Virus record (IMG/VR): IMGVR_UViG_3300025141_000036
Span: 32,001 to 96,000 of that record
Strand: one strand, 5' to 3'
Origin: a virus
DNA length: 64,000 nt
Part shown: in pieces, positions 58,483 through 64,000 of the stretch
How the letters are laid out: every line of letters starts with the position of its first letter
How positions within the stretch are numbered: position 1 is the stretch's first letter
Notes under the pieces: generated by a model
What the model was told of the DNA's origin: nothing
The model's input: the letters and a program-made list of their open reading frames with translations, nothing else
The model's database searches: none
Made by a program: the position numbers and the translations under genes

Positions 58483-58943
58483 ACACCCGACCACTTATTT
58501 TGTTGTTTCTTGGTGGCAACAATGTTCCCCTGGTTATCAAGGAGATTGGCGTATTTGTCTGTAATCCCTTTTCTTTGTAAAATAAAATTGGCTACATCCC
58601 AAAAGCGACCTTCTTCATCTGGTTCGACATATTTGCCGTTAATGTTGATGTAGTAGGGGACGCTCTCAATGTTCCCATCTAGATCGATTACGTCCTGGGT
58701 AATTTGTAGAACAATATTATTTTTCTGGTAGTTCTTCTTAAGGTTGTGAGTCCACCCTGAATCAACAGCGGCCTTTATGCGAACCATCCCACCAGGAATC
58801 TTCGGAGTGCCCGTTAGCGACTTATCAAAGAACACCAGTGCGGAGTCCCAAGGTTTTATTTGTGAAAACCCCTTTCTCTTATCAGCTTCTTGCTGTAGCT
58901 CTTCTTCAATCATTTCCATGATTAATTTTTTTGTTACCTTCAT
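58479..58943 (-). CDS. Hypothetical protein with MKVTKKLIMEMIEEEL leader
   Basis: Coupled ORF. Confidence 0.6.
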   Translation of the reverse strand: MKVTKKLIMEMIEEELQQEADKRKGFSQIKPWDSALVFFDKSLTGTPKIPGGMVRIKAAVDSGWTHNLKKNYQKNNIVLQITQDVIDLDGNIESVPYYININGKYVEPDEEGRFWDVANFILQRKGITDKYANLLDNQGNIVATKKQQNKWSGV

Positions 58944-59155
58944 TCCTTACACTCCTCTGGCAATTGTGATTTTAATTCTTTTTTGTAAACATCTATTGTG
59001 GGTTGAACCCACGAAATTTTTGGGCAAAGCTCTTTGTGATCCTTTTTGTCTTGTAGAAACAACTCTAGAGCAGTCATATCGCGCTTCAAATCATCGCAAT
59101 CCTGTGCTATTGTTGGATCACCATTGAACAGTAATACAAACATCCCGACGGTCAT
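58940..59155 (-). CDS. Small secreted Cys-containing protein
   Basis: Hydrophobic N-terminus; 3 Cys. Confidence 0.5.
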   Translation of the reverse strand: MTVGMFVLLFNGDPTIAQDCDDLKRDMTALELFLQDKKDHKELCPKISWVQPTIDVYKKELKSQLPEECKE

Positions 59156-59424
59156 TGGCTTGTCACCAGATGCTCGATCCGACCCAGGGAACCCTTCATA
59201 TACTCGATGTCTTTCTCGATTCCTATGATCTGCTTCGCGTTGTCGTCCGAGCCTGCTATCTTTTTTTCAAGTAGGTCGATTGCCTCCTGTGCATCACCCA
59301 AGTCATTCTCAAGTTCTGCCACCATTACATTGGTGTTCCATACCCAGCCTGCTAAAGGAATTACTAGCATCCCTAGGCACATCTGCAGCATCTTCCACAC
59401 ATCGTCTTTTGTCAAGTTAGACAT
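59152..59424 (-). CDS. Single-TM coiled-coil protein (holin/XhlA-like candidate)
   Basis: TM followed by a heptad-rich C-terminus; CTATTTA motif upstream. Confidence 0.45.
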   Translation of the reverse strand: MSNLTKDDVWKMLQMCLGMLVIPLAGWVWNTNVMVAELENDLGDAQEAIDLLEKKIAGSDDNAKQIIGIEKDIEYMKGSLGRIEHLVTSQ

Positions 59425-59653
59425 CTATAAAGCTCCCAAATTTTTTTTAGAATATTTTTGCTATCCTAAATAGTGTCTCAATGATCTAATTGGGGGAAAA
59501 TGCAAAATCTGGGAATTTTTGTGGAGGGTCCTGGTGTACCTCGCTGCGCTCGCCGCCGAAACCGTAACATGTAGCACTTATTTCGAACCGACGGACATCG
59601 CACGACCCACGGGGGAGGGAGGAGTACCCCCCTCGAACCGCAACTTAAATTTG

Positions 59654-59755
59654 TTACGCGAAAACTGAAGCGACAGCATAAACGAAACACATGCCAGCCA
59701 GTGTAACAACGTAGCACCAGAAAATCATCTGGCATAACATTACTAGACGTTTCAT
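59654..59755 (-). CDS. Putative 33-aa membrane peptide
   Basis: MKRLVMLCQMIFWCYVVTLAGMCFVYAVASVFA, immediately after the 201-aa gene. Confidence 0.35.
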   Translation of the reverse strand: MKRLVMLCQMIFWCYVVTLAGMCFVYAVASVFA

Positions 59756-59756
59756 G

Positions 59757-60362
59757 TTACACCTGCGTAACAGGTGTCGGTGTCCAGTCGTTACCGAATG
59801 TTTCGTTGAGTTCAGCAACCAACCAATCAGGTCGCGCTTCATCCTCGAGAGTACCGACGTTAGACGCAGGCTTCTTAGGAGCGCGAGGCTTCGGGGCTTT
59901 CGCACGCTTGCGCTCGGACTTAGGAAGTTCCATAGCGAACTCATCAAACTCCCAACCGAAAGCCTCGGCATCATCGATGTTAACGATGACCTCGTTGTCC
60001 TCGGTGCAACGGGCGATTAAGCTCTCAATCATTCCATTGACCAGCGCGGTCGCACCGATGAAAGCATCTTGGCAACTCCAGTGAGCACCTTTGCCAGTGT
60101 TAGGGCACAGACCATCACGACGCGCCTCAAGACCAGCGATTTCAATCTCTGCTGAAGCAGTGCGAGCAGCAGACACGGCAGTAATGCGCTCCAGCGCACC
60201 CCATTCGGGCGAGGTGATTGCAATGCGGAGGCGAGAGCCTGAGCGCGTCACGACCTCACCAAAGCCAAGCGACGGGTGCATGGCAATAGTGCCACGCGCA
60301 GGAATGCGAGTACCAGCAGGAGTGAGAACAGGGATGAGAGTTGAAGTTTCAAGAGTAGTCAT
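59757..60362 (-). CDS. Early hypothetical protein (201 aa), GC-rich; N-terminal Tudor/SH3-like motif
   Basis: GGAGG SD and own sigma70 promoter; HPSLGFGEVV..RLRIAI. Confidence 0.65.
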   Translation of the reverse strand: MTTLETSTLIPVLTPAGTRIPARGTIAMHPSLGFGEVVTRSGSRLRIAITSPEWGALERITAVSAARTASAEIEIAGLEARRDGLCPNTGKGAHWSCQDAFIGATALVNGMIESLIARCTEDNEVIVNIDDAEAFGWEFDEFAMELPKSERKRAKAPKPRAPKKPASNVGTLEDEARPDWLVAELNETFGNDWTPTPVTQV

Positions 60363-60414
60363 AAAGTGCCTCCAGAGGCGAGAGAAGAAAGAAAAATTTC
60401 TTTCTTACATGTAT

Positions 60415-60443
60415 AATATAGCATAGTTGGAAAGGGTTGTCAA
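60415..60443 (-). promoter_or_regulatory. sigma70-type promoter TTGACA-N17-TATATT
   Basis: Upstream of 60362. Confidence 0.75.
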
Positions 60444-60491
60444 ATTTAATTTAAGGGTTTTCGGACAGATTATGTCCTTTATTTATATGGT

Positions 60492-60611
60492 CTAAGTTTC
60501 ATCATCTGATAACTCCTGAAGTTGCATGAGGTGATAGGCTTCACAAAGAAGAATGCCTGCAATGGTGGAAAGGAACATAACGACAACAACGTCGAACGGG
60601 GTAATAATCAT
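60492..60611 (-). CDS. Putative 39-aa membrane peptide
   Basis: MIITPFDVVVVMFLSTIAGILLCEAYHLMQLQELSDDET; GGAGG SD. Confidence 0.5.
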   Translation of the reverse strand: MIITPFDVVVVMFLSTIAGILLCEAYHLMQLQELSDDET

Positions 60612-60623
60612 AGAGCCTCCAGA

Positions 60624-60971
60624 TTATTGGTTTCTATAAGCGTCAAGAGCGACCTCTGAGGACACTCCATTGCGAGAGTAGTGTAATGCAGTAGAGGCGT
60701 TTGCAACGTCCATTCTAACACGTTGTACGCCTGCCTTAATGACAACGTAGTATTGACCGCTGGGAGCCACGAAAGCGTCAGCAGCATAGTTGCCAACGAC
60801 TTCTGGAACCTTGTTTGGCAGCCGACCTGTTGAATAGGCTTGAGCAGTGGAGAAGTTGTGACAAGCGACATAGCGCGATCTGTCGGGAGTGACGGCAAAG
60901 AGCTGAGTGATTGGATCCAAAGCAGTTGAAGAAGGATCGGTGATAAGAGCAGAGCGAGAAATGATAGTCAT
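60624..60971 (-). CDS. Early hypothetical protein (115 aa)
   Basis: GAGGT SD, promoter upstream, codon style like the 201-aa gene. Confidence 0.6.
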   Translation of the reverse strand: MTIISRSALITDPSSTALDPITQLFAVTPDRSRYVACHNFSTAQAYSTGRLPNKVPEVVGNYAADAFVAPSGQYYVVIKAGVQRVRMDVANASTALHYSRNGVSSEVALDAYRNQ

Positions 60972-61019
60972 AAAGACCTCGAATGAAATAGAGCAACGAA
61001 ATTGTTTACCCTATACTAT

Positions 61020-61048
61020 AATGTAACCCATTCTAATCCTGTTGTCAA
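61020..61048 (-). promoter_or_regulatory. sigma70-type promoter TTGACA-N17-TACATT
   Basis: Upstream of 60971. Confidence 0.65.
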
Positions 61049-61149
61049 GTTAAATGGGTCACTTTTATTTTCTTTTGACATTTCCCTGACATCTTTTTAT
61101 GGACGTCGATAGCTCGGGGCGTGTAGCAATTCCGCTCTTAGAGGGTTCC

Positions 61150-61225
61150 ATAGTTATGTAAAGTATTTTCCTCTTCTTATAGTTATGTAAAGTATTTGCT
61201 CTTATCATAGTTATGTAAAGTATTT
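61150..61225. repeat. Three exact 19-bp direct repeats ATAGTTATGTAAAGTATTT (iteron-like)
   Basis: Copies at 61150, 61179, 61207 (periods 29 and 28 bp). Confidence 0.9.
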
Positions 61226-61727
61226 CGATGACCTCCGAAACTTCGTTTCGTTACGCATGTTACACGCGCATCACACGTAACACGTAACACACACGTTTTT
61301 TATGAAATAAAAAAGCCCAATAAAATCGGGGGGTTAAGTCACATTGCTCTAGGAGGTTTCCATTGTTTTTCCGTAACACCTGCGGCTGTTACACGGGTTA
61401 CGCGCTACTTACATACGAGTGTTTCGCCTATAACCCCCGCAGTCCCGAAGGGAGCGGGTCTATTACACCCACAGTGCTGGCACACAGGCACACACAACAC
61501 AGAACCCGCACAATCGCCCTCAGAGGCTTTCTAAAGCCCTTGCATTGCCAACACCCCCATGCAACACACCAAACGCGCTCAATGCCTGTTTACAGCCTCC
61601 AATGTGCATCTGTGATCATCTGTAGGCACGAACTCACGGACGCACCACACGACATACACACAAAATAAAATCCTCTCCAAGAGAGAAGTGGGCACGGGGT
61701 AGGGGGGTAGATGGGTAGAAGGTCGGA

Positions 61728-61904
61728 TTAGACAGGCTCTAACAATGATTTCATTATCCAATAGTCCATTGGCTTCTTCTTGAGTTCCCTACACAATGCA
61801 AAGCCCTCTTGATAACAGTCGCCAATCTCCACAACCAAGAACATCAAGCAACCACGAACAACCAAGTCACCGACGCTAATCCTTGATGTCACTGAGAACC
61901 TCAT
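61728..61904 (-). CDS. Small SH3/KOW-like protein (ISVGDLV)
   Basis: Last unit of the array; start uncertain. Confidence 0.55.
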   Translation of the reverse strand: MRFSVTSRISVGDLVVRGCLMFLVVEIGDCYQEGFALCRELKKKPMDYWIMKSLLEPV

Positions 61905-62061
61905 AGCAAAGATAGAACGATGGGATCGTACAGGTGTGAACGTGTTCATAACGATCAAGCATCCTCACCTCAATGTAGTCCATTCCTACCTTGTGATTAT
62001 GTACCTTCGTAGCGTGTCCATACTCGCCTGATTGTATTCCTCTTACTAATTTATTTTTCAT
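61876..62061 (-). CDS. Small beta-rich hypothetical protein (61 aa)
   Basis: ATGA-coupled within the array. Confidence 0.55.
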   Translation of the reverse strand: MKNKLVRGIQSGEYGHATKVHNHKVGMDYIEVRMLDRYEHVHTCTIPSFYLCYEVLSDIKD

Positions 62062-62240
62062 GTGTTCTCCGATGTTTCAACCAGCGTCACCCATTCGGAC
62101 GAGTGGTTTGATGTAACTCCATTCGACCATTGCACACACAGACCTTGAACGTCCCATGCGGCTTCTGGTGCGGTGGCTTCCAGCACGATACCGACCAATG
62201 ACGGCTTGTCTCTCCAGCAGACCAAATCTCCTACCTTCAT
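62058..62240 (-). CDS. Small SH3/KOW-like protein (60 aa)
   Basis: MKVGDLVCW..VGIVLE..VQWSNG. Confidence 0.7.
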   Translation of the reverse strand: MKVGDLVCWRDKPSLVGIVLEATAPEAAWDVQGLCVQWSNGVTSNHSSEWVTLVETSENT

Positions 62241-62401
62241 GCGTTCTCCTTTATCCGAACGAGCCAGCCGCTTGAATGGCAACTTTCAACTCCATTTCCC
62301 CACAACACCGTAATCACGCTGTTTCTGTGGACGTTTACGACGATCCCGATGTAATCTTCGGGAACTGCATTACCATACTTAACTAAATCGCCTACTTGCA
62401 T
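62237..62401 (-). CDS. Small SH3/KOW-like protein (54 aa)
   Basis: MQVGDLVKY..IGIVV..VLWGNG. Confidence 0.7.
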   Translation of the reverse strand: MQVGDLVKYGNAVPEDYIGIVVNVHRNSVITVLWGNGVESCHSSGWLVRIKENA

Positions 62402-62580
62402 ATCTTCTCCAAATCTTCCACGTGTGCCCTCACTCTCCCATTTCTGCACTGGATAAGAGCCGAAGCTTTCTTCCAACTGTAAACCGATGATGATGTTGTT
62501 CGCACCCAGCGGATTGTGACAATCTCACCAGTGTATTCTCTATCTCTATTGTTTACCTTCACTAAATCACCTACTTTCAT
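62392..62580 (-). CDS. Small SH3/KOW-like protein (62 aa)
   Basis: MKVGDLVKV..TGEIV..EDLEKI. Confidence 0.7.
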   Translation of the reverse strand: MKVGDLVKVNNRDREYTGEIVTIRWVRTTSSSVYSWKKASALIQCRNGRVRAHVEDLEKICK

Positions 62581-62765
62581 AGAACCTCCAAATAATCGCG
62601 ATGAACATCGCTTATCATGCCATTGCTCCAGCCAACCTTGTAGCAGGACACAATGTCTCCATCACTCATCACAACACCGATCTGTTGCCGATAGACATTT
62701 CCTTCTTCTCTTAAGCAACTTGCTATCCAAGACAGCGACCATTTAACTAAATCACCTTTATTCAT
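62577..62765 (-). CDS. Small SH3/KOW-like protein (62 aa)
   Basis: MNKGDLVKW..IGVVM..VGWSNG..YLEVL. Confidence 0.7.
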   Translation of the reverse strand: MNKGDLVKWSLSWIASCLREEGNVYRQQIGVVMSDGDIVSCYKVGWSNGMISDVHRDYLEVL

Positions 62766-62919
62766 TTATGACCTCCAGCCATTCGCGCTTTTCTAATCGC
62801 TTGTCTTTGTTTGTTTGCACCACGACCCAAGCCGTTGCGCTTGATACGTTGTATTTGATTTCCAAGATGATCCCGAGTTCATCGAACCTTCTGCATTTAA
62901 CTAAATCACCTACTTTCAT
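62758..62919 (-). CDS. Small SH3/KOW-like protein (53 aa)
   Basis: Manual translation: MKVGDLVKCRRFDELGIILEI...EWLEVINE. Confidence 0.7.
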   Translation of the reverse strand: MKVGDLVKCRRFDELGIILEIKYNVSSATAWVVVQTNKDKRLEKREWLEVINE

Positions 62920-63055
62920 CTATCAACTCCAAATCTCTTTCTAAATGGTAGCCATCTGTTCCATCTGCCCAGCGGCAGACGACCACAGAACCGACCTCCA
63001 CAACGATCCCAATGTCACCATCGAGGCGGTATCTTACTAAATCACCTACTTTCAT
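62906..63055 (-). CDS. Small SH3/KOW-like protein (49 aa)
   Basis: Manual translation: MKVGDLVRYRLDGDIGIVVEVG..CRWADG..DLELIDESR. Confidence 0.7.
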   Translation of the reverse strand: MKVGDLVRYRLDGDIGIVVEVGSVVVCRWADGTDGYHLERDLELIDESR

Positions 63056-63224
63056 TTATCACCTCGACACCATCGAAATACAGCCAGTAAATACCGCCCG
63101 TTGTTAAACTTTGAACCATCACTTTCCTTTGTGCTTGCTCGATGATTTCGACCACCATCGAAAGTTGCCGATGGAATGGCTGAGCATGCAACCTTCTTTC
63201 TATAACTAAATCACCTGCTTTCAT
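63042..63224 (-). CDS. Small SH3/KOW-like protein (60 aa)
   Basis: MKAGDLVI..MVVEI..GVEVINESR. Confidence 0.7.
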   Translation of the reverse strand: MKAGDLVIERRLHAQPFHRQLSMVVEIIEQAQRKVMVQSLTTGGIYWLYFDGVEVINESR

Positions 63225-63402
63225 TGAAGCCTCCGATTTCTGAGCATGCGACCAGTTCAATGTCCTCTCGGGAGCAAAGAACCTGTGTGCTGTTGAGCAA
63301 CTGGACGTTAGCCAGCATTTCATCGTTGTCATCGTCCCACTGAAAGTCGATTATTATTCCCAGACCGAAGTCCTTGTCTTTTACTAAATCCCCTATGTTC
63401 AT
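63211..63402 (-). CDS. Small SH3/KOW-like protein (63 aa)
   Basis: MNIGDLVKDKDFGLGIIID..FNESR. Confidence 0.7.
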   Translation of the reverse strand: MNIGDLVKDKDFGLGIIIDFQWDDDNDEMLANVQLLNSTQVLCSREDIELVACSEIGGFNESR

Positions 63403-63414
63403 GTGTCCTCCAGA

Positions 63415-63633
63415 CTACGGGGTTATTGGAATGACTTCACGAGCGTAAAGCCAATAAGAGTTGCCGAGGCTCTCGAAATGAACCTTGACTAGAACCGTTG
63501 CACCATCTTTGTATCCTTCGATGTCAACGACAATGCCCATTGTGTTAGTTGACCACTGTTTGTGAACATTTTCATGAATGTGAAGCCGAAGCACATCACT
63601 GTCCACTGTCACAAGGTCACCAACTTCAAACAT
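63415..63633 (-). CDS. Small SH3/KOW-like protein (72 aa)
   Basis: MFEVGDLVTV..MGIVVDI..VKVHF; GGAGG SD. Confidence 0.7.
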   Translation of the reverse strand: MFEVGDLVTVDSDVLRLHIHENVHKQWSTNTMGIVVDIEGYKDGATVLVKVHFESLGNSYWLYAREVIPITP

Positions 63634-63667
63634 TGATTGTTCCTCCTACATGATATACTTATCTCGT

Positions 63668-63985
63668 TTAGAACAAACTGTCAAGTAAATCGGACAAGTT
63701 TTTTGGATCTTTTCGGACAGTTTTTGTCCGTTTCTTAAATCCATTCTTTCGTCCCTCCTTGTAAAGCACCGTGGCACGGGCTTCATCAATGAACTCTACT
63801 TCATCACCCAATGTAAAGTATTTCCGAGGCATGAAGAACTTCTGAGATTGTCCTGTGGCTTGAAAAGTGACCATGAACAGGTCATCGCGTGGATCTTTTC
63901 GGTATTTGGTGAGTTGAGCAGCCCCTACTCCATAGGTTTTGTGCTCACAATATCTGTAGGTTTCTTCAGTCATAATCGACCTCAT
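63668..63985 (-). CDS. Hypothetical protein (~100 aa)
   Basis: EHKTYGVG..FMVTF; likely ATG 63973 after GAGGT. Confidence 0.55.
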   Translation of the reverse strand: MRSIMTEETYRYCEHKTYGVGAAQLTKYRKDPRDDLFMVTFQATGQSQKFFMPRKYFTLGDEVEFIDEARATVLYKEGRKNGFKKRTKTVRKDPKNLSDLLDSLF

Positions 63986-64000
63986 CTGTTAAAAAGGTTA

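Larger units (their letters stand above)
62221..63412 (-). repeat. Dispersed ~30-nt junction repeat (GGAGGT-N4-6-ATGAAAGTAGGTGATTTAGT)
   Basis: Exact 20-mer ACTAAATCACCTACTTTCAT (+ strand) at 62561, 62900, 63036; variants at 62221, 62382, 62746, 63205, 63383 and 47777. Confidence 0.85.

Noticed and set aside
61075-61103. Plus-strand TTGACA promoter
   Set aside because: The -10 box at 17-nt spacing is TATGGA, a poor match compared with the other promoters.
61150-61225. Possible mini-CRISPR array
   Set aside because: The repeats are 19 bp with only 9-10-bp gaps, too short for spacers, and no cas operon is present.
59480-61700. tRNA or other known structured RNA genes
   Set aside because: No cloverleaf with a T-loop GTTCRA and acceptor stem was found by eye; only short hairpins.
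19-62746. Numerous plus-strand ORFs in the track (e.g. 19-447, 41491-41952, 56324-56746, 61363-61668)
   Set aside because: They are mostly antisense shadows of well-supported minus-strand genes or low-complexity frames, without SD or recognisable motifs.
62221-63412. True CRISPR array or integron attC sites
   Set aside because: The units are 136-185-nt coding sequences, the repeat is not palindromic, and no integrase or cas gene is in the window. Reported instead as a coding cassette array.

Overview
64 kb segment of a large, T4-like contractile-tailed dsDNA bacteriophage. Essentially all genes are on the minus strand, standard genetic code, AT-rich. The host is probably Myxococcota/Bdellovibrionota-like, inferred from a CglF/GltF homologue, a vWA/Ig-like lipoprotein and an FmdB-type Zn ribbon. 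From left to right: (1) 1-19.9 kb baseplate/tail module: partial LamG-containing wedge protein, DNRLRE-like protein, gp6/J-like wedge, gp25-like protein, a 2541-aa protein, an HxH-containing spike-like protein, and three tandem paralogues that share a gp5-OB-like N-terminus but each carry a different peptidoglycan hydrolase domain; (2) ~20-21.7 kb gp55-like sigma factor and small genes; (3) 21.7-36.8 kb, a 17-gene sugar-nucleotide/heptose/glycosyltransferase cluster; (4) 36.9-59.4 kb auxiliary and probable internal-virion genes (Pit-like transporter, PD-(D/E)XK nuclease, PhoH, fatty-acid hydroxylase, CglF, HNH, eukaryote-type PMM, HAD-NUDIX, matrixin, vWA lipoprotein, SNase, PcfJ-like), many sharing an MK(I/V/L)xxxxLxxIIxEE-type leader; (5) 59.5-61.7 kb GC-shifted, repeat-rich region (19-bp triple repeat, GTAAC/GTTAC clusters, hairpins, G4 motif; possible origin or genome end); (6) 61.7-63.6 kb tandem array of about 10 tiny SH3/KOW-like ORFs joined by a conserved ~30-nt junction that is at once SD, upstream C-terminus and downstream N-terminus. 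Two promoter classes are visible: TTGACA-N17-TATATT and CTA(A/T)TTA. All protein assignments come from motif recognition by eye; no database searches were run.
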